Below are positions 25,023 through 37,614 of a DNA stretch of 64,000 nt, piece by piece (the first letter of the stretch is position 1; each line of letters begins with the position of its first letter). The position numbers and the translations under genes are program-made. Source of the stretch: Macrostomum lignano (lineage: Eukaryota); the NCBI GenBank assembly GCA_002269645.1, contig NIVC01001696.1, positions 62,001 to 126,000 on the forward strand, in the 5' to 3' direction. The notes beneath the pieces are model-generated. The model did no database searches and was not told the DNA's origin. It saw nothing but the letters and a program-made list of their open reading frames with translations.

Positions 25023-25630
25023 GTGAGTCGTTTTTCTCCTTTCTTTAATATTAATAGATTTGCACCTACAAAAATACCTGAGATGGCTTCTAATCTTATG
25101 CTTCTATCTTCTTCTGGTTCTTGTTTGTTATGAGTTTGCTCGTAAAGTATAAAATGTTTGCATGTTTGTTTGTCCGTTCGTTTGCTCATTATTTCGTCCG
25201 TTTATTGTTTCGTTTATCCATATGCTAATTCATTTATTCATTAATTTGTTATTTCGTTTGTTTAATCGTTCATTATATTGGTTTCATTCATTTGTTAATT
25301 TATTCCTATATTCATTTGTGATATCGTGTTTTCATTCATTAAATAGTTCGTTTCTTTATTCGTTCAATCACTCATTGTTCTTTCAGTTTTTTTATTATTT
25401 TCTTTATTCATCCTTTCGTTAATTAGTTCGTTTACTCAGTCGTTTTTTTATTTAATTCGTTCATTATTCAGTAAAATAATTCATTTGTTCATTGCTTCGT
25501 TGATTCCTTGATTAATTTGTTCATCACGCAGTCAACATAAATACGTTTTATATCCACATCAAATTATTATTCATCCATTTGTTTGTGCCTGCCCGAAGTC
25601 TTTAAACCACGATTGCCGATCCACGCGCAG

Positions 25631-25788
25631 GTCTGAGCGCCATTGTCGCCCTGGGCATCGGTCAGGCGGTGAACTTCTCCGATCGCCTCGCCTATTCGTC
25701 AATTTGCGCCATCGTTTCCGGCGTATTCTGCATCCTGGAGCTAGTCGGCGGCGGCAAAGCTTCCGGAGGCGCCGGCGGTAACACCTGA
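25631..25788 (+). CDS. Small four-transmembrane protein, exon 2
   Basis: Acceptor gcag|GT. In phase it reads GLSAIVALGIGQAVNFSDRLAYSSICAIVSGVFCILELVGGGKASGGAGGNT*. AATAAA at about 25829. Joined protein is about 141 aa. Confidence 0.75.
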
Positions 25789-25879
25789 GCAGAATTCGAA
25801 TTACTTAATACGCATAAATTCTTCATATAATAAAAAGTTCTTATCATGTGTTTAAGTCCCCTGTGTTCATCTCTTTTCA

Positions 25880-25925
<46 letters not shown>

Positions 25926-27014
25926 TTATCTTCAAAGTATTTTTTCAAAAAAGCCTTTTTTGCTGTTTTATCTTAAAAAAGTGTACGCTCGTAAAGTAGA
26001 TTGTAACCGACTTTTCCAAAAAATGAACTATTCTAACTCTGATTTTGCTTATTTACGCGCTCGTAACAATTATATTATTTAGCGGAAGCATCTGCTTAGC
26101 TATCGAGTTCTTATCAGCCGCAGTTGCTTCATATTTATTGACACCTGACCATCATTGTTCTTCTCTATCTTTATTCTCGTGTTTGCTGGCCAACTACTTC
26201 CAGAATACCAACGCCCTAAAGTTGATATTACTTCTGTCCTCGCTGTTTTTAAACAAGCAATTGATTATTTATTCTCTACTTGGATGTTTAACTTACTACT
26301 GCATCAGTAGGCAGCGAGAAGATCACAATTATTAACTTTTACTAAAATCTGAGCTCTGTGTTAATTTCATTTTGAAATAAAATCCTGTTTGACTTCTCTT
26401 AACTGAAAAAAGCACGCTTCCATTAATTTTGTTGTGCAACGCAGCGCAGTAAATTGTAATAGAAAACTTTCAGTACCATCAAACATTCCTCCTCGTACAG
26501 CAATTCGATGTATCGTCCACGTCGCTATCAAATGGATAAGTTTACATTGCACCGACACTTGGCCTTGACATTATAACTTCGTCATGCGTCTGCGAAAGGT
26601 AAAAAATACCTATTTTCTAGCGACATCCATCGGTGGACGTCAGAATGTTGCACGGGATAAGATTCTGCCCTCAGACTTTTGTCAAACACTTAGGCTTGCC
26701 GAATTCCTGACCTTTAGCTACTTGTGTGCCAGGAATCGCAAAATTTCAGGGACCAAGTCGCGACTAAAATAGAGAGGAAACTAATAAGTGACTTTTTTTA
26801 AGCTCAGCACGCAACGCTTGCAAATCGTGCAAAAATAGTTGAATGCCGATTATTAAAATGTCTGTATCTGTGAATTAATCCGAATCGAAAAAAGTTCATT
26901 TTCGCGTCAGATTGTTCAAATATTTGTCCCCTACCAAGTAAGTCATTTAGTTTAGTCTCATTAGATGTAGATTCAAGAAAATTCTGTAAGATTGAGAGGG
27001 TCGCCATCAAAGCG

Positions 27015-27246
27015 ACCCATAACTAACCTTAACCCTAAGGCACCATGTACCCTAGCCTAACCCTGAACCATAACCCTAAGGCACTAACCTTAACCCCAAC
27101 CCTAACCTAACCCTAAACCCTAACTTAAAGGCACAAGTTCTAACTCCGACCCTAACCTAACCCTAACCCTAAGGCACAAGTTCTAACTCCAACCCTAAAC
27201 TTAACCCTAAACCCTAACTTTAAGGCACAAGCTCTAACCCTAACCC
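27015..27246 (+). repeat. Degenerate telomere-like (TAACCC)n patch interspersed with AAGGCACAAG motifs
   Basis: cctaaccctaacctaaccctaaaccctaac and similar. Confidence 0.8.
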
Positions 27247-27247
27247 T

Positions 27248-27494
27248 ATTCGAGCTTGTGATGGTGGTTGCTAAACTTTTCGACGATATGATTTTTCGAG
27301 CTTATGACTTTTCGAGCTTGTGATGGTGGTTGTTAAATCAGTTTTCGACGATGTGATTTTTCGAGCTTATGACTTTTCGAGCTTGTGATGGTGGTTGCTA
27401 AATTTTTCGACGATATGATTTTTCGAGCTTATGATATTTCGAGCTTGTGATGGTGGATGCTTTTCGACGATGTGATTTTTCGAGCTTGTGATGG
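27248..27494 (+). repeat. About 62-bp tandem repeat, 4 copies (TTCGAGCTTGTGATGGTGGTTG...TTCGACGAT...TTCGAGCTTATGA)
   Basis: Seen directly; abuts the telomere-like patch. Confidence 0.88.
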
Positions 27495-28806
27495 GCCCCC
27501 AATTGAGACACCGAATAGGGTTCTATCCATGATTGAGATCATTTATAAGACAGAACCCGCATACCCGCACATATATAAATATATCCTTTAAAATCTTTCT
27601 CACGACATGGCCAGTCATAATTTATCTATCTCGCTAATGTATTACGGCAACGTATCGGCCTTCAACCATTTTTACACGAATCAAGAGTTTAACGCGTCCT
27701 TCTATAACAAAGTGTTTTTAGTGGTCCTTGGTAGCGAGTTAAATGCATTTAATTCTACATGGACTTTACATATGGTACACGACCCAAGTATCTGTATCAG
27801 TCGTATAATTATTTTGCTGTGAGAAGACAGCAATTAAAGATAATTAAATCTCTCAAGTCTTACTTTACGCTACAAGCAAATTGAAGTATCAAAGGAGGGA
27901 CCCTGGCAAACAAGGCGAGTTCTGGTGTCCGAATGAATAAAAACCACTTTTAAGCGATTTTACCTTAGCAGGAGGGAGCATAACAGCCTCGTGCATGAAG
28001 CACAATTCAAGAATTCGTGGGCGGGGGCGCTCGTCAAACTGACACAACCACCCGTCCCTTCTTTTATCTCCGAACGATCAGCTCTCTTTACTGCGGCAGA
28101 GCGGTACAGGGCATGGAATAGCAAAGTAAAATTACAGGGCCGATGTTGGTTGTGATGTGATGATGCCAAACTTACTCGCCTGCCCGAACCGCCGAGCGAA
28201 CAAGAGGCTGCATGATGGGTGCCCGCGCAGCGGGGGGCGCGGCGGAAAAGTGTTTCTTGTTTCTAGTTGCTCTGTCAGTTTAGTCCAGCAAAAACCTCTT
28301 TGTGAGCCGCAGCTGCTATCAAACCTTAACTGATACATTGTCGTTCCCTCTCCCCCCTCTCTCTTCTCTTTTCTTTTCAGTCCGTTCAATCTAGCAGCGT
28401 CGGTCTATAGATATCTGTCAGTCAGCCAGTGCCAGCAAGATCGTCTCTTTTCGGTGTCATTCTTCTTCTACTACGCAGCATTTTGCAGAATATTTCTACC
28501 CAGATGAGGTCATGCAAACACACACACACCCTCAGACACACTCTAGAGGCACTGTACTCCCACGACGCTGGACAAGCGCAGTCCACAAACCAAAGAGACA
28601 GAGACCAAAGAGACACAAACGAAGTGTCGAATTGGAGTGAGGGAGAGACTGTCCAAATAGTTAGAGCAACAAATTTGATGAGCACAAGAGCTCAAAAGTA
28701 ATAAATCCCGTGTGCCTACGCAAAACTAACAGGTATTCTCAAGTGAGACACAGATAGAACTCAGACTCAGGTATTCACCAGTTGAAAACGCATTCGCACA
28801 CAGAAA

Positions 28807-30210
28807 ATGCTTCACCCGCATCAGTCGCGCAGCAGCAATAGCCATCATCAGCAGCAGCATCAGCTCAGAGTGCCCAGTGCCAACAGCGGATCTCGGTCAA
28901 GCAGCGGTACAAGGCAGCAGCAACAGCAGCAGTTCGAAATACCGCAATGCGCCAAGCACATTCGAGCTGGCAATGGGGAAGGTAACAAAGACGATGAGCT
29001 GGTAGTTTTAGAGACAGCCACGGCTACCTATCGACTGTACGCCAGAATCGGCGAGGGCTCGTTCGGCACAACGCATCTGGCCGTGATTCAGACGGCGAAG
29101 CTGCTTGGCGACGGTCTCGAAGACGGAATCAAAGATCGACAGCTGCTGGCGCTACAGACCGGCCGGTCGGTGGTTGTCAAACAGATCAAGAAGCACATGA
29201 GCGCAGAACCGCACCAGTCCGAATCGTTGGAGCTTCACTGCCGCAACCTCGAATCGATGGACATTGTGAAAAGTATCTCGCACATTAAGCACTGCGATCA
29301 TCCGTTTATAGCGAAGCTATTAGACTCGCAGTACGCCCTCACCACCACGGATCGACCGTTTGAAGTTTACGAGTACTACGCCATCGGAGACGCCATGAAC
29401 TTGCTGGACCACATCGCTGGCACCGATGAGCGGCACCGCGAGGCTGTGAACTTGCAGACCTACGTGACTTACCTGTCGCTGCAGGTGGCTGAAGCGCTTA
29501 GCTACCTGCACGAGAGCGGATTCATTCATTTTGACTTGAAAATCGACAACGTCCTAATCGATGAAGCGGGCGACGTGAAACTTGGCGATTTTGGCTTGGC
29601 CAAAGCCTGCGCTCTCGGTAAAGCGATTGAGAATCCCTACTATTATTGGGGCAGTCCCTGCTCTGTGTCCGTCTTTGCCTCAATCCGTTGGGTGCCACCC
29701 GAACAGCTGGAGGAGGGCAGCCGGATGGTTGATCACTCAGTGGACTGGTACAGCCTTGGCGCGCTCATGTTCCACATGATCTACGGCCGGCTGCCTTTTG
29801 AAGAGCACCGAGCCAAAATTCTCGAGTCCCCGGCAGCAACCGCAGCTGCTAACAACTCCGCGACGAACTCCGATGGCACCGGGACGCCACCGAGCAATGA
29901 CAAGCAGCTGAAACGGTCCTTTCTCAAACTCTGGCGAGCCAACGTTCGGCCAAAAGTTGACGACCGACCGAAAGTAAACCAACGGCTGAAGAATCTGCTG
30001 TACAATCTGCTGTCATACGAGTCGAACAGTCGGCTGGGCAAGCAGGGCTACACGGAGGTGTTTCAACGATTCCACGGCCTCTGTCGCGATTTGGACTTGC
30101 ACTGGTTCGACTCCATTGGCGGCGGCGATGTTGAACGGATGCGCAAGATGCTGCGACGCCGTGATGTTGCGCGGCCCTATCGCATCAAGCTGCTGCAAAC
30201 GTTGCACTAA
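28807..30210 (+). CDS. Intronless divergent Ser/Thr protein kinase (AGC-like), 467 aa
   Basis: GEGSFG, VVVK, HPFIAKL, IHFDLKIDNVL, VKLGDFGLAK, VPPE, DHSVDWYSLG, RLG..GY.EV; Q/S-rich N-terminus. Confidence 0.93.
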   Translation: MLHPHQSRSSNSHHQQQHQLRVPSANSGSRSSSGTRQQQQQQFEIPQCAKHIRAGNGEGNKDDELVVLETATATYRLYARIGEGSFGTTHLAVIQTAKLLGDGLEDGIKDRQLLALQTGRSVVVKQIKKHMSAEPHQSESLELHCRNLESMDIVKSISHIKHCDHPFIAKLLDSQYALTTTDRPFEVYEYYAIGDAMNLLDHIAGTDERHREAVNLQTYVTYLSLQVAEALSYLHESGFIHFDLKIDNVLIDEAGDVKLGDFGLAKACALGKAIENPYYYWGSPCSVSVFASIRWVPPEQLEEGSRMVDHSVDWYSLGALMFHMIYGRLPFEEHRAKILESPAATAAANNSATNSDGTGTPPSNDKQLKRSFLKLWRANVRPKVDDRPKVNQRLKNLLYNLLSYESNSRLGKQGYTEVFQRFHGLCRDLDLHWFDSIGGGDVERMRKMLRRRDVARPYRIKLLQTLH

Positions 30211-31598
30211 GCGTTTGCTTAAAATTGCACTAAGGGGATGTTAAGTTGGTCCAAATATGTGGAATGGGTTTATCGGACTGGTGGTGTCTGTCTGATCTCT
30301 CTGTTAGACCATAGATAAGCATAGAATCGTAAAAATCTTCGACATCTCACCCAGCTACATGCGGAGAGAGAAGAATCGGTTTCCAGAACCTTAGCATTGG
30401 ATTCGCTCTGTATTATAGTTTATTAAATTGTTAATTCGAAAGAATGAGGCCAATATGAGACGTCTCAACGCTCCAACTTTCAAATACAAGTAGAATAAAA
30501 GTTTAGTTCTTCCCTGAGCTATCTTGGTTACTCTACACGTGCACAAGTTGACTTAAGGTTCCAATTTTTCCCGTCTTGGGCTGACTGAAACATGGAGAAC
30601 CAATTCTACACTAATTTCCTGCTCCATTAGCGGACTAATTTGACGTCTCCCCTTTCCGGCGATCAGGATCTGAGGATGTGGATTCTAGTCTTGCTCGAGA
30701 AGCGCGCATCTGATCTGCTGATTGGACATAACTTGACCTGATATCCAGCTTGCTGTATACTTATTTTTCTATAGTATTCTTACTCTGTGTGGTATTTTTG
30801 TTCAAAAGAATAAGCTTGAAACGACGCCGGCGATTTTTAGCTTAGTTTAGAGTACTCTCCTTGACTCTCCTTGACTTGACTATATACCATTCTAGAAGAT
30901 TTGATGACATTTTAACATCAACTGCACGATGCACATCTCTAGCAATTGGTCTCTAACGGTTGCCCCCAAGTGCGTCATTGAAAGAAATTTAATATTGAAC
31001 TGGATTTTTATAACAATTTCTGATTCCATAGCGTACTGAGAGCTGTCTTTCTCATATTTAATTTGCTGGGTTTTGAATGTACTGAAATTTGTTTGACCAA
31101 TTTATTGTATTCATTTAAAAAATACAGTAATCGTAGCGTCCTACGTTTTGTCCCGGCTTTTTATTCGAAACCTGTGCACCTGCGGTGTACATTAGCTTCT
31201 GGGTAAAAAAGAGATTAAAACAACCCTTGTTATAAACGATACATTTTCTTTTATTTATGATTTTTTTTAAATTTTTACACTTAAAATAACCACCTGTTTT
31301 TCTACAACGAGAAGCATTGTAAGGCTTGTTTTGTATACTCCACCTTTATACTAATGTAAAAAATATTTCAGCTCAAAATAAGATAAAAACAGCGTTTAAA
31401 AAACTTTCATGAACAACGCGATCAGACGCTTGTAAGTAGTATGGAAAGCGAACAAAGGAATATATAAAAAATCTTAGCTAGTAAAAATTTCAGTGACATA
31501 GAAAGTGAAATGGTGCAAAAAAAATTAGCACACATAACAAAAGCAAAGTAATGATGGCAAATATTTTGACGTTCTGTAATTAAAAAAGTTCCCAAGCA

Positions 31599-31717
31599 TC
31601 ACGGAGTGTGAATATGCATCCGAGTGTTCAAATAGTAGTAAGAACCAGGATTTCGTGAACTGGAGAAATGATTCAGCTTCAGACGAGGCTCAGCCAGGCG
31701 AAACTGTGTTGAGTTCA

Positions 31718-31751
<34 letters not shown>

Positions 31752-31907
31752 AGTGTCATCGGATGTAGTCATTTTCAAAGAATCTCTGCTCAGGTGAAAC
31801 CGACCAAGCAGATCTGATAGCTGGTGACTCTGGTGGCTTTTTTGCTGTTGCTGCTGTTGCTGCTGCTGCTGCTGACCTTCAGGCGTCAGATCGATGTCTA
31901 TTCGCAC
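31599..31907 (-). CDS. Last exon (polyQ) of a disordered protein
   Basis: Acceptor tag|GTG at 31908; 102 open codons in phase 0, matching the donor at 33098; two Q tracts. Confidence 0.55.
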
Positions 31908-32234
31908 CTATCGCATATTGAAGTTCAATAGTAATGTTTTGTAGTAGAAAAACATAGCAACAGAAAATGCAAGAAACAGTAAAAGAAAGCTTTAATCCTC
32001 GATTTTACTATATTGTATCTCTTCCATCCTCGATTGAGGGCCTCCCACAAGAGGGAGAGATTTAGAAAATTAGGGTGTCATGGGAAGAAATGAGACTCTT
32101 AGATGTAGATGGAAGCGATGCCAATTAAGTCGGTTTGTCTATTGGATCTTCCTTGTCTGACCAACCGTCGAAAACAGCATCATTGTATCATTTGTTCTTT
32201 CCAAATAAAAATATTATACAAATGACTAAAAATT

Positions 32235-32735
32235 GAGCAGATCTGAAACCGACAGCTCAGTGGCAGCTATTGCGCGGCGCATCTGAAGGCTGCGTACGGC
32301 TGTTCAGTCCAAGGACTGGGGGTCACCACACACCCTCAATTACCCCAGCTAATGCTGGCACCCATTTTACAGCTGGGTGAGCTGAAACATCTACAGAATT
32401 AACTGTCTTTATCAAGGACACAAATTGTTCCAGTGGGATCGGGAATCGAACTCCCGACCTTTCAGTCATGAGTCCGACTTTCTAACCACTTTAGCGAGCA
32501 CCTCTAGCTGGTTATTGCGAGTGTTAATTAGCCACTCAAAAAGGTGGAGAAGTAGAAGGTGGCTGTGTCTGTACATTTATTGTCTGGCAGAACTCAGATT
32601 TCCGATTCATTGAGTGCGCGTTGGGATGTGCTCGAGCAAGGGGGAAGCGGATACGCTGAGTGGGGCCACGGAATGCAAGCTGGGTGTCCCGAAGTGCCTG
32701 CTTGCGCATGCTACAACCACTAGGCTACAACCCCT
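32235..32735 (+). mobile_element. SINE-like element copy 1, interrupted by a 224-bp insert
   Basis: Shares CTGTTCAGTCCAAGGACTGGG...GCTGGCACCCATTTTACAGCTGGGTG...CAAGGACACAA...GGGAATCGAAC with other copies. The tail resembles L2-type 3' ends. Confidence 0.75.
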
Positions 32736-33098
32736 TTCTCACCTAAAATCTTCCGAAATGCAATCATTCTAGCGAAATAAAGGCAAATTCTGTGAGTAGA
32801 TTTACAGTTTCTGAAATGGGTTTATATTCAGGTTATATTCAGAAAGGGCACCACCCCATGGCGAAAGGCTAGTTGCAGTGTGACTCATAGTAGACGAAAA
32901 GCTTGCGTGAGTATGTGCACTTGATTCGCATTCGGAAGGAATAAGACTACTTGTCCTCCTCACTAACTTTCGGGCAAATATCGTTAATAAGACATCCTAC
33001 AGCCTGCAGTAACGACAGTAGCTTTTTTAATCCCTTTGTGAAACAAGAGTTGCTTTCAGCAAATACGATTAAGTGCCCAAAGTTGGTTTGCTTCTCAC

Positions 33099-33968
33099 CG
33101 AAGTCCCAACCGGTGAGGACGGCGGTTGAAGCTGCCGTCTCTTGACAATGTCGGAGCACCCGACGAATGACGTCACTGAGGCTGGTATGGGTGTCGAACT
33201 ACAAGGATAATTAGTTCCTATCCGCATGGGCAGTTTAGAAGCCACTCCGACTCCTCCGCTAGACTTTCCACGGCATCGGCGTCTGCAGCCGCCTGCCGGC
33301 TGCTGCCTCCTCGGGCTGCTTGCCGCTTGCGCCACGTCGAGAGTGGCCAGACTCAGCAGTCCAGTGGGTTGCGCCTCGCGGTCTTTACTTACCATGCCGC
33401 GTGACTTTTCATCCCTGACCGCGTGGCTCTTCCTAGATAGGCGATCAAATTTCCGCGAGAATATCGGCCGAGCACGAGCTGCCTGTCGGGCGAAAAATCC
33501 TGACAAGTTGACCACCGCTGGAGACGCGGTTGGCTCGTCGAATCTGACCAGCTTCTGGCCGCTGCCGCCGCGCTGAATGTCCGACCGAGTTGGGGCGCGG
33601 AACAGGCGCTGTTCCATCTCTGCTTGCTGCCTCTGGCGGCGCTGCCTGGCCGAAAGAAAAGCGTCCGGAACGTCAGCGTCAGTCTCGGACTCGGTGTCCG
33701 GTTCGGCGTTTGATCGAGCTGAGATTTCGGCCAATTTAGTTGTTCCTGGCGCTGTTGATGAGCTCGCTAATAGGATCAGCTGTTTGGGTGTGACAGCTTC
33801 ATGCGCTGGCGGCTGATGCGGCGGTGGAGTCGACCTGACGGGCGTCGACTGACGCGGAGGATCGATCGGCGACATTGGCTGAGGAGACGCCTGTAGCACC
33901 TGCTTCTGGCCCGTGCTTGGCATGTCGATGCTCAAAACGAGCTGAAGTCGGCCGTTTCCGTTCGACAT
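33099..33968 (-). CDS. First coding exon of a disordered S/P/R-rich protein (about 392 aa when spliced)
   Basis: ATG in aaccATG context; 290 codons up to the donor TCG|GTGAGA (phase 0); GC-rich coding-like composition; contains KLVRF. Confidence 0.65.
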
Positions 33969-35200
33969 GGTTGTAGATTGTTGTCAGAGTTTTTCCTCTG
34001 ATTGTGATGCTATGTTGGGACTGGATTACGGAATATTGTTTCTAAGGAGATCTTCGATATGAGGCTCACCTGCCAGGTTTATTATCTGTTTGGTTGCCAG
34101 TGGACACAGCTGCGACTATCATTGAGTGGTAGCTGGGCTGGATTAATAATTTAGCAGGAAAAATCTGGGCGCAGAAGGCCAAGTCAGCACTTTTGCTTGC
34201 GCTTGATTTGAGTGAGACAAGCTCATGCAGCATTAATTTACGGTCGCCATGGCTCTACCCAGTGCGGCACATTTCCGAAACTTAGGCGGAGGTGGGTGGG
34301 TTACAACATTCCGACCTAAGTTTGCACACCTTTTTTGGTCGGCAGTTGAAGTTGTTGTTGTGTGGCTTCAATGCACTCTGCATTGAGTGGGAGCGGCGGT
34401 GGCAGAGAATCAATGCATAAGTGAGCATGAGCATGCTACAAAGTCTAAGCAAGGTTAGATAGCTCACCCTCCGCTACCTCTCCCTGTATACCCCTCTCCC
34501 TCTATCCGACCTCCTTGACTTCATCTTCCGGGAAAGGCCTTCTCAAGCATTTGCACCCTGCTATAGAGTAACTCCTTAGTTCCCTGATTGACTTAATAGC
34601 AAGCAGTGAATCCATTTCTGAAGATTAACTCGCATACGTGCATGGGTTCGTACAGAACTTAGCTATGCAAGTACAATGTCATTGACAGGCACAAATCAAA
34701 ATTAAGAGACTTCGTTTTCTTCGTCCAGAATTTGTGGCAAGATTGGGCATGGGCAGCGCAGGCTGAAATATTTCTCTTGTCGACGAAATTTCCGAATGGG
34801 CAAAGTTTTCTAGCTGCTTGTCATCACTTGGTTTGTTACAGATCCATGCACAAAATAAATTTCGCATTTACGCTGATGCGATTCATCACGGAGCTATTAC
34901 GCTGATGCTGATGCTTTTACCAGGATTAGAGAATCCTGGTAAAAATGCAGATATCATTAAAAAACGCAACTGAAACAAAAAAATTGGCTCTGACTACTCT
35001 TGCTTCAATCGTTACTTCAACTACAAAAACCAGCTGACGCTAACGAGATGCTATGAATCGTGACTTCACATGAATGATTTCCGAAAAACAGATGGATGCT
35101 ACGATGTGAAGCTTTTGTGTAGAGCAATGATAATGAATATTACGTCTAAGTAGTGTCACGTACAAGCCAGCAAAAATGTTAATGAGGAAGCCTAAATGTA

Positions 35201-35797
35201 GTATTGGTTTTGTCAGCCTAACTGAGAATAAAGCCATCCAAAGTGAGAATCCTGCCTACGCTGACTGCGAAGGGCCTGGCTGCGTGCAGCCTTAGTCTAT
35301 GGGCCATAGACTATAAAGGACAAGCAAAGTGATAAAAAGCCATCCAATGTGAGAATCGATTGGTCTATGCGTCGTATTCTTTTATTTTTATACCTTCTGG
35401 GCCATATGACTAGCCAATAGCTTGAACGGAATAACGGAAACAGGAACACACTGGATGATACAGTACAGTAAAGTAAAGAGTTAAAATAGCCGTCCCTCAA
35501 TGCACTGCCCAAAGAGTCGTCTGCAATGCAGGTCCCACGCGGCAGCCTTCCCAGCAGTGACTGTGTCGTCAATCGCTTCGCTCCCGAGGCTCATAGACTA
35601 GGCTGGACGCAGCTAGGCCCTTCGTATTCAGCGTAGGCAGGATTCTCACATTGGATGGCTTTTTATCACTTTGTTTATCCTTTATAGTCTATGGCCCATA
35701 GACTAAGGCTGCACGCAGCCAGGCCCTTCGCAGTCAGCGTAGGCAGGATTCCCACTTTGGATGGCTTTATTCTCAGTTAGGCTGACAAAACCAATAC
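35201..35797. mobile_element. Foldback/MITE-like element with about 155-bp inverted arms built from about 104-bp units
   Basis: 35201-35355 is the near-perfect reverse complement of 35641-35797. No clear target duplication. Confidence 0.85.
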
Positions 35798-36420
35798 TTC
35801 ATGACACCTTAGACATTTCGCGCGAAATGCAGTACAAGAGATCATTTGTTTGTACTTAATTGCAATTATAGGCATCTTTTTTAATACTAGGGCCTCTTTT
35901 TTCGTGGTGAGGGTTTTAGAACGACTCTCCTCTCATTATCTCCCTCAAACCCGCCTCGATCGTTTGCACAAAGATCTTTTTTCTGTATCCAATGTTTGAC
36001 TCCAGTATGTATCCAGTGACCGTGAATTAATTTTTGTCTTAATTAAAGACAACAACCGTTTGTTTAACTACATTGGTTGCATTGTAGTCACTGAAATAAG
36101 AACATAAGGCACCGCATGACGGAACACTCGCACCTGCTTAAATATACGGTTATTTATCTAGACGCTCGTATGTCTTCCGAGGGCTTTCTCGGACACTGAA
36201 TACACAAGAGTATGTATCCTTCATGCACCAGTTTAATCGGTTTTGGATCCGAACTATGTCACTGTTCAATGCTTCAACGCAATAAAGTGCAACCGCTGAC
36301 GTACTTTTAGGATCCGCGTCACTTGCACCATTTGATCACGATACAGTTTGTTGACCCTTCATAGCAAATGATCACCCGGTATTTATACAAATATCTAGAA
36401 TTTTAATATGCGATACTCGA

Positions 36421-36650
36421 CCCACTCGGAACAGTTTGTGACTTTGAACGAGACACTTAACTCTGCATTGCTTCAGTTCACTCAACTGTAAAATGGGTGC
36501 CAGCTTTAGCTGGGGTAATTGAGGGTGTGTGTGGCGACCCCCCAGTCCTTGGACTGAACAGCCGTACGCAACTTCAGATGTGCCGGGCAATAGCTGCGGC
36601 TGAGCTGTCGGTTGCACATCTGGCCATTAGGGCAGGTGTAATTAACTATT
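36421..36650 (-). mobile_element. SINE-like element copy 2 (reverse orientation)
   Basis: Reverse complement of the family core and its 5' extension (...GCAACCGACAGCTCAGCCGCAGCTATT...). Confidence 0.8.
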
Positions 36651-37614
36651 AATAATTTTATTAATTTAATCGTCCGAATCTACGGATATTAATATTATTA
36701 TACCGGGATATGTACGACGTAAAGCCTTTCTTTGTGTTAGTTAAATAGATTGATGAATATATTAGTTTATATTGACCAGAGAGTCACATAAAGGTCACTC
36801 TTTCTTGGCTAATCTTGATAGACGTCGAGGCATGTTTTTTGATTTCATCCTTGCGCATCTTATGCTTTTCTGTGAGCAGGATGCAATAAATAGATTCTCA
36901 GAGACAGGTAGAGCGAGGTTTAGAGTTGATTAACGTCAGTCTGGATAATCTGACAAGAAATTCAGTGTGCCTGTGCTGCATCTGTTTCCTCAGAATCCAA
37001 GCGCGGACACGAAGTCTCTGTATGATTTTCGACAGATGCAGCGTTCATCAAAGATGACAAGAGCACGCCATTAAAGCACCTGAGGTGTTGATCGTCTTTA
37101 ATTTATTCGGACTATCAATTATGGCTGACAAATAAGACTTAGATTCATAGACGTACAGAAAAAAACTTGATTATGAGAAAAACTATAAGTTACAATTGTA
37201 ACTTTTTAGTTAGGCCAACGTTGAACAAACCGTGCTGAATTACAAAGGCATCTTTGAGCAAGAGATTAGTTAGCAGCGTGTTGACTGATGAACTGAATTT
37301 GGTGACAAGAACTAAGGATTATGCGATCCAAAGAACAAGCTGTTCGAACCGAACAAAACGAAATTTTAGCAGCAAGCGATTCAAAATAACAGCCTTCTGT
37401 CTGTAAGGGCAATGGCTGCAAACTAAGTTAAAAAGGTTCGTACACTGAATTTAGACTGTTAGCATAAAATTTAATCAACCTCCTTTGCATGAGTTGAAAA
37501 TAAAATTCACAACAATGAAGGAGTTACACTTATTAAAAGAGCTTAAGTATGACTTAAACAATACAATAGAGTTCCGAACCCGAAGAGGCCAATTTAATCG
37601 ATCCTAAAGGATTC

